Counted from the whole stretch's first letter, positions 35,910 to 48,456 are shown. The stretch is 53,763 nt of DNA, filler included, from Sphacelaria rigidula (GCA_964200075.2; 5 parts of 5 records of this genome joined end to end with filler, not necessarily neighbours in it); one strand, 5' to 3'. Notes: generated by a model not told the origin, from the sequence alone. A program made the numbers and translations.

Positions 35910-38900
35910 GGGTGATACCACGTCCAAGTCGCGACGTGGAAATAGTCATGTCCACCACCAGCTGCGGTTCGACTACCCGCCCGCATTCGTCTCATGTGCC
36001 CTGAATCGACACCACAACACCTGCAATACACTCACGCAGTCCGTGGCCATCGTTCAAGCCATCGTACGGTGCCAACGGTGTCGTAGCGAGAGAGAAACGG
36101 GCCTGCTGCACAGTGTAAAGAATATCGCCAACCGACTGGAGGCGGACATGAGCCATGTCCAAGTCGTGACTTGGACTTGGCTCATGTCCACCACCGACGA
36201 TTGGCATACCTCTCCGCGCTCGTCCCATGTGTCTTGTATCGACACCATAGCAACTGCAATGAAATCACACAGTCACACAGTACGTGGCCATCGTTCAAGC
36301 CATTGCACGGTGCAAACGGCGTCGTAGCGAGCGAGAAACGATCCTGCTGCACAGAGCCAAAAAATACCGCCAACCGACTGGAGGTGGACACAAGCTATGT
36401 CCACCTCCAGCGATTGGAATACCTGTCCGCGTTCGTCCCATGTGCCTTGCACCGACACTACAGCACCTGGTATGCACTCATACAGTCCGTAGCCATCGGT
36501 CAAACCATCGCACGGTGCAAGTGATAGTTCAAATGGCCCGATAGTTGCAGCAGACGTGGCTAACCCGTTTGGATACTGAAACTTTGACCGCGGGTAACGT
36601 GGACGAACGTGACGCAAGTAACTTGGACAAAATTGCCATGTTGACTGGAGGTATGGGGGCACGTAGTCATGTGCTTACGAAATACCGGTCGCGTTGCAGA
36701 CAAAACGCCAACAAGTGATTGTCGCTAGTAGGTTTCACCCGCGTTGTTCTCCGACGCGCTGAGGTTTTTCACCAGCGTGATGAGAAATGATCTACAGACT
36801 GTTCAATAAACTAGAAATGTACACGTTGCTCAGCTGTCTCGCGTCGCACGTTATTTTGTACGCTGTCCCAAGCGCGAGTGAACAAAATATCCCTGGACCC
36901 ACACTACCCCCCCCCCCCGCAGCTCCTGATTTGATTTTTTTTTTTCTCAAACGAGACAACTGTCTATCAGCCTTCGAGGCGTCAGTTGCTCAGCAAGACG
37001 TTGTCGAAACAGTGCGCACGAGCCGTGCGTGGTTCGTTCGTGTGTTTCACGAATAAACTCGGATGGTGTGCAGTGGGTTGAGCACTGTTGAGTGTTGTTT
37101 TCGATTTATTTATCAATAATAGTTTGATGATTCAAGATGACTTGAGCAAGCAAGTAAAAATGATGACGCCAAATAAATAACGCAGATCCTCCGGCTACAC
37201 CCCCTCAGCCACACTAGTGCGGCCGTTGCGGTAGTTGCTGCGGTGACAGACGGGTGAAGGGTTTGTGGTTCGTCGCAACTGCCCCCCTCCCCCGCCTCGA
37301 TCTTTTGCCCCAACTAATTTGTCTCGCCGCGTTTTTGCGAAAAATCCTCGAGTGCCGAACTCTAGTCATCTGACTCACTTGGGTTTGCTAGGATTCATGA
37401 TCAGGTTGCATCAAGCAATGGACCAAGCGGTTTATGTCCGCTTACACAGCGTACTTCTAGCCCAACACCAAACCACGACTTGCCGAGACCGCGACTGTTT
37501 AGTTTTTTGCTGGTTGTGCTTGGGCGTGCTCTGCAAGTGAAGTGACTCTTCTCCCCCGTTCAACCCATTTTAGAACCAAGTAACTTGTGGTTGACCTTGG
37601 TTGCATCAAGTACATAACACTCGGTATAGAACCGGAACCTGCCAGCCCGCTTGGTTGCATGGAGTATATAGGATGTAGCAAAGAACCGGAACCTGCCAGC
37701 CCGCTCGGTTGCATTAAGCATATAGGATTTAGTATAGAACCGGAACCTGCCAGCCCGCTTGGTTGCATTGAGTATATATAGGATGTACGAAAGAACCGGA
37801 GCCTGCCAGCCCGCTTGATTGCATCAAGTATATAGGATCTAGTATAGAACCGGAACCTGCCAGCCAGGACACGGTCCCAACAGTGCTACCCCCCCCCCCC
37901 CCCCCCCCCCCCCCCCCACCCCGAAAAACANNNNNNNNNNCCTCAAAAATAAATTCTCCATAATAAAACCGGAAACCCCCACGCCGAACCCGGGCCCAAC
38001 AGGCCTCCCCCCCCCCCCCCCCCCCAATCGGCCCCAAATGGAAAAAAAGTGAGTGTGGGTCCAGGGTTTTTACTTTCACCCGCCCTTTGCTGTTCATATA
38101 ATCCGGGGCTGCTGGGTACGAAGTGCGGATGACGCGTACCAGCTGCGAAAATGGCTCCATAAATCGATCCTTTCTTCCGTCTCACCGGCGATGTCCTCGA
38201 CACACAACTAGCGGGTCGATTTCCCACGGCTGCAGCTGCATGGAAAAAGGCCAATGTTGAATATCCAGTCCCGAAGGCTACAGCGTCGTGATACTGCTCC
38301 CGCGTCCTGTAGCATTGCACCCCACGATGGCTTAAACGGTGGCTACGCAATGTGTGAGTATATTGTAGCTGTTGTGGTGTCGATGAAAGGCACTTGGGAC
38401 GAGCGCGGATAGGTATTCCACTCGCTGGAGTTGGACATACAGTAGCTCATGGTATCCAACTCCAGTCGGGTGGCGGTATTATTGTTTGGCACTGTGTGTA
38501 GGTAGCAGGCGCGTTTCTCGTTCAGGCTGTTTGCAACGCACGATAGCTTGAACGATTCTACGAAGTGTGTCAGTGTACTGCAGCTGCTGCTGCGTTGTCG
38601 ATACAGATCACATGGGAGGAGAGCATACAGGTATTCCAATCGCTGGAGCTGGACATATTCTATGTCCAACTCGCTACTTGGACATGATACCTGACATCCA
38701 CCTCCAGTCGGGTGGCGGTATTTATTTGGCACTGTGCAGCAGGCGCGTTTCTCGTCCACTACAGTGCCGTTTGCACCGTGCGATGGCTTGAGTGATGACT
38801 ACGGACTGTGTGAGAGTACACCGGGTGCCGTAGTGTTGGTGCAAGGCACACGAACGCGGACAGGTATTACAATCGCCGGAGGTGGACATAACCGATGTCC

Positions 38901-39400
38901 GATTCGCGACTTGGGCATAAAGCTTATGCCCACCTCCAGTCCGTTGGCGGTATTTTTTGGCTCTGTGCAGCAGGACCGTTTCTCGCTCGCTACGACGCCG
39001 TTTGCACCGTGCAATGGCTTGAACGATGGCCACGTACTGTGTGATTTTATTGCAGTTGCTATGGTGTCGATACAAGACACATGGGACGAGCGCGAAGAGG
39101 TATGCCAATCGTCGGTGGTGGACATGAGCTAAGTCCAAGTCGCGACTTGGACATAGCTTGTGTTCGCCTTCAGTCGGTTGGCGATATTTTTTTAGACTGT
39201 GCAGCAGGCCCGTTTCTCTCTCGCTACGAGGCCGTTGGCACCGTACGATGGCTTGAACGATAGCCACGGACTGCGTGAGTGTATTGCAGGTGTTGTGGTG
39301 TCGATTCAGGGCACATGAGACGAATACGGGCGGGTAGCCAAATCACAGCTGGTGGTGGACATAACTATTTCCAAGTCGCGACTTGAACATGGCATTACCC
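35910..39400. mobile_element. Foldback-like element with long modular inverted arms (35910-~36525 and ~38340-39400)
   Basis: Arms are reverse complements from the GGG...CCC termini inward. Each arm is built of ~234-bp tandem units punctuated by the palindrome tccaagtcgcgacttgga. Flanks are tttgga / tttgaa. A 10-N gap lies between the arms. Confidence 0.7.
37598..37865. repeat. 54-bp minisatellite, 5 units
   Basis: agaaccggaacctgccagcccgcttggttgcat recurs at 37628, 37682, 37736, 37792 and 37846. Confidence 0.9.
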
Positions 39401-40755
39401 TTTGAAATGTGTTCCTGATTTTCGAAATGGCGCAGTACCCATACATGAAATTATTTTTGTAGTGAAACGAATTATGTGCGCGAAGCGCCACCAGGGAGTT
39501 TCGGAGGTTATTTCTTCTCGTCGTCGAGTCAGGGTGCAAAGTGGGAGCGCTGAACCTTCAGAGTGGACGCTGAAAACTTCGTAGCACAAGCTAATTAGGG
39601 TTGAGCTTCGTATGCGCGCACAAGGTTTAGCCTGATTTGGGGGATTTTGGCTTGAAATCTTTTTTTCTACAAGCTTCAGGCGAGCCTCAAATTTTCGACA
39701 AGCTTACAATGTGCTCGAAACCAGAATAAAGTTGCGATACATTTTTATGCGCCTCTTCCAGCCATTGCAGCAGCTGTCTGAAAGTGCCCACTGTGGCCCA
39801 TGGCGTGACTTGCCGTATGTGTGACAACATATCGCCCGGTCAGAAAACCCGTCATGGTAATAAGACATCACACTTTCATCAGATACCACACCCCCTTCCA
39901 AAAATGTGAGGGGTGTCTCTATCAGGAGTAGGAACGGTGCTCCGTCTCAAAAGGGATGCGTGGTCAATGGTCGAACGACTGAGGCAAGCAACAAATGAGC
40001 ACACCCCCCCCCCCCCCCCCCCCCCCCCCTTCGAAAATCACACAGTATCACACCCATGCGACTTTGTTTTTTCGAATCCCGAGAAAAGCGCCGATTTATC
40101 ACACGGTGACGAAAGTATATCACACCCCCTGGGTTGAGCCGCATATCATCCACGGAACCCCGGCTTATGATGAGGGTGTGATCACGCGTGACAACGCACA
40201 TGAACGCACGCAACCTGCGCGCCACAGCTGTGAAAACCGATCACATCATGGAAAAAAACGCAAAACACAACGATGCTGAACGCCCCGCGCCCCAGACTGG
40301 AGTGCGTCGAACTCCAGCGGCGACTCCACGGTCCATAGAGTCGTTATTTCAAGTCGCTGCGGGGGAAAATCCGTTTATCACACCCCCTGTAGGGATCTTC
40401 TCGTAGCGCCCTTTATCACCCGGGCGACACTGTCACACCCCATTATTATCACACCCCTAGTGCTTGTGCTGTGTACCGCCCACAGACGGTAGCAGCGTTG
40501 ATCATGTAGAGTCCCACCAGTCAAGGTAATCCCTGTACAATCAAAGCCAAGGTACGGAACAGAAGCCATGTCTTGACTCACGGTGCATCACCGCACAGCT
40601 GACAGCGTCGGGAACAAGTGCCTGTAAGTAACTGGTGTCAAAACATACCACCAGGACATTTTTTCCCGCGTCTCAAACGGCCATATCAAACCTAAGCCCC
40701 ACCGCCCCCCTCCGGCGCACACGCCGTTTTTTGTAAACATGCCCTAAAACTGCAG

Positions 40756-42258
40756 CGCATTCTAGAAGAGCAACGACGGCAAGATGAGAAGAGGAGGGTC
40801 AAGCGGGCGGCCAATCGCAAATCTGCCAGCACCAGCCGCGCGCGCAAGAAGGCGTTAATTGACGAGATGACGGCCAAGAATGAACGGATGAAGCAGCACG
40901 CATTGATCCTTTCCATGCTGCCGGACCTCGTGCTGGCCGTATGCCGGAGCGGGGAGATGACCTACGTCTCCCCCGCCGCCAAGTGGCTGCTACTTCACTC
41001 CCCGGAAGAAGTTACTGGAGCCAACATCTTCGAGCTGGTCACGCCGGACTGTCACGCCCTGCTCCGTAGCATGATCTCGGATAACCTCGCGAGGCCTGTC
41101 GTGAGCCGGATGTTGGCCGGTGACGAAGGTGCGGGACGATCCTCTGAGAGTGGTTCATCTTCCGGAGGTGACTCTCGCCGACCTACGATGGCGTTGCCAC
41201 AGGGTAACCACCGAGATCGACTGCAACAACGATATATCAAGGGGCAGTCGCCGGCCGTGCCCGAAGGCTCACAGGGAGCCGGCAACGGTGGCGGCTGGCC
41301 CTGCAGTGTATCATCACACGGCGGCGCGAAAATGCTGCGCCTCATCCGCTGCGATAAGACCACGGTGTGGTGCGAAACTCGTCTCAGCGTGCGAACGGCG
41401 AAGGATGACCCGAACCGGACGCCAATAGAGATCATCCTCACCTTGAGGACGATGTCCGAGGGCAACAGGACGACCGCTGGCAATGGTCTGCCGTCGGCGC
41501 ACCGATCTGCGGTGAAACGTGAGGGTCCAACAGCTGCCGTGACTGCGGCGGGAGCGGTCAGATTCGAAGATGCCGAATGCGACGAGGATGACGATGATGA
41601 TGACAACGACGACGACGACGACGGTCATGTGGAAGATGACGATGATGGCTACCGCTGCGAGCAAGAAGAGGACGAAGGTAACAACAGCGGCAGCGGAAAC
41701 GATATGGGGGGTGTTCGACCGCGCGACAACCCTAGCGCCGACAGCGTCGCTAAAAAGCAAAAGCTGGATCTCGGTAGCATGAGCAGCAGCAGTAAAAGCG
41801 AGGAGGTTGCTCCTTCGCCCACTGGCGGGGACTCCACCGGTGTATTGGAGGAGGGGAGGGAAGAGCGGTCGCTATTACGGATGAAAAATATGGGGATGTT
41901 CGATACCACAAAAGCCGGCGAGGACGGAAGCAAAGGGGGGGAGGCGGGAGAGGATTCGTCGACGGGGGGGGACACGGGTGGATCTACCACCCAAGAAGGT
42001 AGCGCCTCGTGCAGCAACGAGGCAGACTCGAATGGGGAGGGGTCAAACACGGGTAGCAAGTGGGGCGAGGCGTGCCGGAGTAATGACTCCGGCGAGTCCG
42101 GAGGAAGCGAGGACGGTTCGTCCGACGGAAGCTCCGCGGAACGAGAACTCGGGGATGAGGTTCAAAACGCTGTGCAAAGTTTGATTTTGATGGGTGGAAG
42201 CTTTGGGAATGATGGGGAGGGTGGCGGAGGCGGAGGCGAAAGCGAAACAACGCAATGA
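40756..42258 (+). CDS. Terminal exon of a bZIP-PAS transcription factor
   Basis: aaaactgcag| phase 0; bZIP basic region KRRVKRAANRKSASTSRARKK; PAS segment LPDLVLAVCRSGEMTYVSPAAKWLLLHSPEEVTGANIFELV; PAC-like LRLIRCDKTTVWCETRLS; acidic/Gly-Ser tail; stop TGA at 42256-58. Confidence 0.85.
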   Translation, partial: RILEEQRRQDEKRRVKRAANRKSASTSRARKKALIDEMTAKNERMKQHALILSMLPDLVLAVCRSGEMTYVSPAAKWLLLHSPEEVTGANIFELVTPDCHALLRSMISDNLARPVVSRMLAGDEGAGRSSESGSSSGGDSRRPTMALPQGNHRDRLQQRYIKGQSPAVPEGSQGAGNGGGWPCSVSSHGGAKMLRLIRCDKTTVWCETRLSVRTAKDDPNRTPIEIILTLRTMSEGNRTTAGNGLPSAHRSAVKREGPTAAVTAAGAVRFEDAECDEDDDDDDNDDDDDGHVEDDDDGYRCEQEEDEGNNSGSGNDMGGVRPRDNPSADSVAKKQKLDLGSMSSSSKSEEVAPSPTGGDSTGVLEEGREERSLLRMKNMGMFDTTKAGEDGSKGGEAGEDSSTGGDTGGSTTQEGSASCSNEADSNGEGSNTGSKWGEACRSNDSGESGGSEDGSSDGSSAERELGDEVQNAVQSLILMGGSFGNDGEGGGGGGESETTQ

Positions 42259-42992
42259 CGGAACGCCCTTCTTTTTGTCATGACCGGTTGAGAGATCTCA
42301 CACTCTTCCGACATCGTGATTTGATGTTGGAGATGATTTTCCTCCCGTGATCCTGTAGATTGAGCTTTCCGCGAAACAACTGTATGTGCATGGCTATTTT
42401 TCATGAGGTATCGAGTTCTTGGGCCCTTTTTTCTCCTGTTTGTTTTCTGCCCTTCTACTTATATCCGCGAGGGTACTTGGTTGTGGTGAAGTCAGTCATG
42501 AACGACTGTGTATTTAATAGTGTAGTTCGTGTAGCTGGTATAGAGGGGCTCAGGGTAGGACGAACCGTAGATCAAGGTCGATGTAAAGACTGTGTGCGCC
42601 TTGCGGGGTTATTAGGCCGTCGCCCATACCACATACACCTGTTCATACGAGTAGCGAGTGATTATATCTCGTCGAGTGAGCAACTAGAAAACGAATATTC
42701 TTCGTGTTTACATGATAGCCTTGTGTTATTCCATGTCTGACGATCCTTCTGCCTCGTTGAGTCCGGGTGTCGGACCAGACGGGAGTTTTCAGCTTTTTAC
42801 CATCCTCGAATCTCCATGCTGGGATGGCCATGTTTCTAGCCACTGTTGGTTCAGAAAGCGTCATGGTCCTCCTAGTATCCCATCCCCCCCTCCCCATGTG
42901 AGAGGGATGCGTGGTCAATGGTCGAACGACTAAGGCAAGCAACAAATGAGTACACCCCCGGACCCCCCCCCCCCGCAAAACGGCGGCGGCAG

Positions 42993-43092
42993 NNNNNNNN
43001 NNNNNNNNNNNNNNNNNNNNNNNNNNNNNNNNNNNNTTAATTAATTAANNNNNNNNNNNNNNNNNNNNNNNNNNNNNNNNNNNNNNNNNNNN
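42993..43092. other. Artificial contig linker
   Basis: N44-TTAATTAATTAA-N44. Confidence 0.97.
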
Positions 43093-43789
43093 GAAGAGCT
43101 GGGGAGTCCCTCAACAGCATTTAGACGCTGCAGTACTAGCAGACCTGCTAGCGTCACAGGTGCTTGCCATTATTTTTTATCGCGAGAGGGGTTCAGCAGT
43201 CCCTTCCCCTCGTCGACCGTGGAGGCCTGGCCAGCAAAGAGTGCCGCATTTGCATCTCCAACCATAACTCCTCAAGTGTACCAAATCAGCTCGACTTGAG
43301 CATATCGCTGTGAACTGCAGACCAAGTTGCGTGCACGCTCATGGACAGTGCAGCAAGCAGTACAAAGCTGCACGTTGGTGAATGAAGTCCTTTTCACGTC
43401 GCATTGTAAGCAGATAAAATTGATAGTCTTGGGCAGTCTGCACTGCACGTTGCCCGCTTCTCCTTTATATCCTCCTGCACGAAACACACACACACGCACT
43501 CAAGACACCCTGCTTGCTAGCAGAGCAGACAGTACAGATTGTCTGTACTGCACACGAGTGACCATGTACCGTTTCACGATTTTCACTGTCTTTCTTCGAT
43601 CGGAAGCTTTAAAATCCATCCGGATCCACCTGCATCAAAACGATTTTTTTCGCTCGAATCAATTTTACCGCCTCATTTTTTCGATCGAAAAGAAAAGTGC
43701 TAAGACAGGCCCTGAAAATACTTTTTTCGCACAGAGGAAGGCTAACACAGGAGTTTTTTCTCTTCAATTGTTTTTAGCACCCCACCTTC

Positions 43790-44001
43790 CTTGTGCGGTG
43801 CTTGTTTTTTTTTTTACCTAGAGGAGTTCAGCGGTCCCTTCCCTCGTCGACCGTGAAGTCGAACTGTGTGTACTTACGACATAGTCGCTCTCCACTGTTG
43901 GGCATGGTGTGAGAGAAAATCCCAGGTCTTCCCGAGATTTGAACCCGTCCTAACCGTCAGAAGGTTTCGAGGTTACCATCTGAGCCACCGGGGCGACCGG
44001 C
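43790..44001 (-). mobile_element. tRNA-derived SINE, near full length (fragments at ~43160-43225 and ~26508-26545)
   Basis: Minus strand reads gccggtcgccccggtggctcagatggtaacc (A box)...gggttcaaatctcggg (B box), then body and A-rich tail. Confidence 0.7.
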
Positions 44002-44806
44002 TACTGCTGTGTGTTCCTCAATCCTGTCACCCCTGTGAAACTTTAATACCGGCACCCGACAGTTTTGTATGTTCTGTAAGTCCATCACACCCCTGGTCGA
44101 CAACGACACTCCCCGTGGGTGGATCGAGTTTGACGACGCAGAATTTGAGATTTAGAACTGCTCTTCTCTTGCTACGCAAGATACTTTTCATGAACACGGC
44201 AATATTTTTCATATGTATGGGAAATATCCTGGGGAACCGGAAACTGAGTTTGACCCTGTAGCCAATTGCGTGCAGAGCCGGTATGTACGTGCGCTGGTTT
44301 CCTTTACTGGGATCAACGGCAAGACGCAGCCTATCGTGCCACCGCCCCGCACTGAAACACAAATTCCGACGTGCTGCCATCAGTGCTGTCAACAAGCTGT
44401 GTGTTTTGTCGTCCGACGTATGATTCAAACGAACCTACACCTTGAAGGCATGATATGGCAAAACAAGAAAATCGCGTCTTCGCCGTGGCGATTGGCTCCT
44501 GCTGTCTTTTGCCCAGTCCTTTCAACCGTGTAAAACTATCAAACCGGTACGCAGAGGCTGTGTAAGACCTTTCTTAACTTTACTCGCCAGTTTGTTATTA
44601 TCTGAAACTGCCTCATACCCCTGGTCGACGATTCTGCAAGGTCTGTAAGCCTTCCGTAATCCCGGCCCGGATTCAACATATATACCCTTTTGCGTATATG
44701 CGATGCAGGCAGAGTGTGGGTATTACCCGGGAGGGGTGAAGATTTAAACTCAATCCCTACCTTTGTTCTGAAAACTCGCACTTGTTCCCCAACCTTTATC
44801 CATCTA

Positions 44807-45763
44807 CCGTAAGTTGCTGTGTGATCGCACAGGGGTGCGATCGATTTTTAATTTTTTTCGAACTTGTTCTTTTTCCGCAGAGGGGTGCGTTCTCACGACC
44901 CCTGTACGAACACCGCGCCCCCTGTGCGTAAATCGAATTAAATCATTTGGTACTGCTTCCCCATCGCACACCCCTGTGCCATCGCAATGACATGTGCGAT
45001 ATTGAGTAAATAATTTCGATGAGACCAGGGTCTTTGAACGCACACCCTGTGCGATAACCCTGTCATGTGCGATACAGAGTAAATTTTCGCCGGTGTAAAG
45101 GAACATCCTGCAACAGTACTGCCGTAGGAACAAGGTCTGAAGATGCATGAAACATAGGAAGTACGGGCAGACTCGGTGATGGAATAATTTTTGCCTGAGT
45201 AGTGAGTGCCGCAGCGTGAGAGTCTACGGTAGTTGTCGTGGTACCGGTATACCGTCACACGAAATGTCGAAGAGAGAGACGAAGTTGATTGCAAGAAATA
45301 TCATTCGGTGCCAGTACGCGTTTGCTTTCGGGCTTCGTTCTTTCCGTCGGTGTTGGCACTTGGTGAAAAGTTTCGGCTGTGGTGGCTTCATCCAAGGTGC
45401 ACGACGAGAACTGGAGTAAATTAAATTGAAAAAGAAAACCACTCCGTATGTTTTTTGTGTCTGCACTGCCACACCGCAGGGCGTAGTCCAGACGAGCCCC
45501 ATGACGAGCAGTGGAATCAAGACAAAAATCGTGGCAACTCAGGGTGTCCGCCCCAAAGACCCATCCGCGCGCACGCGTGCTCACGCCCGGAAGGTGGTTG
45601 ACACGCATTTCATCCTTGAGATCACACCCCTGTGCGAAAACAACGCCTCCCGTGCGAAAAACCAATTAAATAATTTCAAATCGTGTCTTTGATCACACAG
45701 GGGTGCGTTATCACGACCCCTGTGCGAAATTCACGCCCTGTGCGATCACAGAGCAACTTATGG
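44807..45763. mobile_element. Non-autonomous Tc1/mariner (pogo-like) element
   Basis: TA-ccgtaagttgctgtgtgatcgcacaggg ... ccctgtgcgatcacagagcaacttatgg-TA (2 mismatches); many subterminal cccctgtgcg repeats. Confidence 0.85.
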
Positions 45764-47694
45764 TAACACCCCTTGGTATTCAAGTCCGTACACCCTTCAA
45801 GATATGTTTTCCTCTTCGGGGAACAGACGGGTTACAGGGTACGAGTTGAAAGGGAAAGCGAAACATGATCATCAACAGGTATCGGACCGACTGGGGGGCC
45901 TTCATCTGCGCCGCCATCGGTATCAATTTGCAGGGCATCGGTCTATGGTGTCCAACCCTATCTCGTATGGGGGCCGGTTTGTTGCATACACGGGGTATCT
46001 TTACAGATATTATCCTTATACGACAGTTCGGTGACTTCTGGAAAACTTTCATCCCCGTAACCGACAGTTCTGTAGCTTCTCTGGGACTGTGGTTGGCCTA
46101 CCCGATTTTTCTAGTGAAATCTGTAAGGCTTTCGTTGCCCAACTTGGTAGCTCTATGACTTCAGTGTCACTTGCACACCCCTACTCGACATATCTTTGAC
46201 TTTAGTAACGCTTTCCTAATCCCCCGACAGTTCTGTGACTTGTCGAAGACTGTCCTACCGGTCCACGACAGTTGCGTGATTGTTGTGATCCACCATACCG
46301 TTCTAAGATAGTTCTGTTCTTTCTGTACACACGGTTTAACCCTACACACTTGTACAAATATCCGGGTGCGTGTTCTATTTTCTATGCAACCCCTTTTCAT
46401 CTCAAGACCACCAATGGATTCTCTGGAAGCCTCCTTTCCCTACCCGACAAGTTCCGGGGCCTCCGAGCGATTTTTTTATCGGTACTCTCTACTTCTGTAT
46501 GATCCACGAAAACTCTCGCACCCTACCCAATGCACCTTAACGCTACAAAAACTCGAATTTATTCTCGGGGCTGTGAACAATCAGCTCTGTTCAGTTTCGT
46601 CAACACTTGCCGCGCCAGTTGCCACTCCATCCACTTTTTCCAGCTAATCGCCCCTCCCGGCTGGTAGAGAGTCCCGCTCAGGAGCGTTGCCCAAGTCAGA
46701 AACCTCCCCCGTATTTGACCTTTTTTTCCTGCGGTAACCGTAATTGGTTGTGAATAATGTAACCACTCACTGCGAGCTGATATGAGCCTCGTACTGCTTT
46801 AACATGTCTTCGGTATGTAGTAGCGATTCGAACATCATTTCTCTACACCATCCAGCAGCAGACCCTCTTCCTGGGGACCTGGGGACCGGAGCAAACATGC
46901 CACACCCTGGCAGTACCTTGGGTAATTGAAGTAAACAGGTTCTCACCGAAGCTAATTCGTTAGAACGCTTGTGTGTTCTGTGATCGCCCGTGACCAGTTT
47001 TTTTTTCTTAGGATGAGGTACACCTGCTACATTACTTCGACGTATTGTGAGTATCTCCTGCTTCATGTTCACATCGATCTTCATGCAATTGTGAATTGGG
47101 GTATGGAGTTCGGCACTTCAGCACCAAGCGTCCCACCATAACTGAGACCCACCTCTTCATTTCTTCGTTTATCTCATTCGGCTGACCAGCCTTCAACCGA
47201 CCCGATGTCGGCGATAAAATAAACTGCAGGACAACCGGGTACCACCGACGTTTGTGGGACCTGAACTGCTGTAGACTGGATACAGTCTTATCGTACACAG
47301 TGTTTCTTTCTTATAAACTCCCCATCATTGAACTACTATAAAAATTGCTCGGTATAGACAAGCGGCGCAACACCTCCACATCAACTGGACAGCTGGCGCT
47401 CTCGTACCCATTTCCAGTGGAACTCCAGTAATAGCAATGAAGATATAGAATTTTCACTGGCTCACTCCCTAGCCCATTTCTTCGATGCTTTTGGTGCACT
47501 TTCCCACCGGAGTTGGCGCCAACCATTGCAAGCCCACGATTCGACACACATCAGGAACGGGACGCTAGGAGGGGACCTCCCACCTTCTTTGTGATAATAC
47601 ATTCCTACATGCTAGACTTGCTTGTACAGAATGCCACACTTACGTGGAGGCCGTGGTTTCCTCAGTGCAGGTTCATCGACAAGTATCCTGATAA

Positions 47695-48456
47695 CCGAAG
47701 GCAACTTCTTATCCCACTTCCTCCCTTTTCAACCTACTTGACATCGTTGCTTTCAGCACCCGTTCGTCGCGCATTCGCTCACAGTACAACTATCTTTCCT
47801 CCCGTACTATTTTCTCGCTGAACTTTCCGCAACCGTCGCTTCGTCCTCCTCCCAACTCGTCCGGCATTGACAAGTGCTCCACGTGCAACACCCACATCTC
47901 TGTCTCGCAGGATACAAAACCAGCCCCGAAGGGCTCCAGGAAACAGCTGCCCTTTCTCTGCTTAGCGTGTGGCGGCGAGATCGGGGTCAACACCCCGTAC
48001 CACCGCATGTCCGATCCTACCGGCGGTAAAGACAGGGTATACGCCCACGCGGACGGCCGCGCGTGCGTAAAAACCCTCGTGAAAGCGGTCGAGGAGTGCA
48101 CTCATCCGTGTTACGAGTGTACAGCAACCCTGTCCCAAAAAACACGTTATGATCCCTTGGCGGGGGATGACGAAGTATCTTTCATAAGCTGTGACCTCTG
48201 TTTCTACGACACGCATGCGACGCTCCTGTCTGATTTCCAACGGCACTTGTTGAAGGAGAAAGCGTCATATGCGTCAAGAAACGACGATTCGACACCGCGC
48301 AGAGCATCGCGGGTCAGTGATAACTCCCTGTCCCCTCCCGGAAACCAACCCGTCACGCCACCAACTAAGATCTCCCCTTCCCTCGAAAAGAAGAAAAACA
48401 GTACGACCCGACAAGGTAGCCGACCCACGGCCACCAGGAGCGGAGTTGGAAGCTAA
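47695..48456 (+). CDS. Cys-rich (multiple CxxC) open frame of unknown origin; start not defined
   Basis: Stop-free frame extending ORF 48007-48456 upstream: CSTC, CLAC, HADGRAC, CTHPCYEC, CDLC, then a Ser/Pro/Lys-rich tail. Confidence 0.4.
   Translation, partial: PKATSYPTSSLFNLLDIVAFSTRSSRIRSQYNYLSSRTIFSLNFPQPSLRPPPNSSGIDKCSTCNTHISVSQDTKPAPKGSRKQLPFLCLACGGEIGVNTPYHRMSDPTGGKDRVYAHADGRACVKTLVKAVEECTHPCYECTATLSQKTRYDPLAGDDEVSFISCDLCFYDTHATLLSDFQRHLLKEKASYASRNDDSTPRRASRVSDNSLSPPGNQPVTPPTKISPSLEKKKNSTTRQGSRPTATRSGVGS

Noticed and set aside
37598-37865. CRISPR array (33-bp repeat with ~21-bp spacers)
   Set aside because: The spacers are clearly homologous to each other, there are no cas genes, and the context is eukaryotic; it is a minisatellite
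38722-39267. Protein with 78-aa repeats
   Set aside because: Falls within the foldback arm; the frame is not kept in other units or in the opposite arm
40756-42258. Aureochrome (bZIP-LOV)
   Set aside because: The GRNCRFLQ flavin-binding motif is absent
44180-44261. Possible short terminal exon (ILFMNTAIFFICMGNILGNRKLSLTL*)
   Set aside because: A plausible acceptor exists but there is no upstream partner exon or family signal, so it is unsupported
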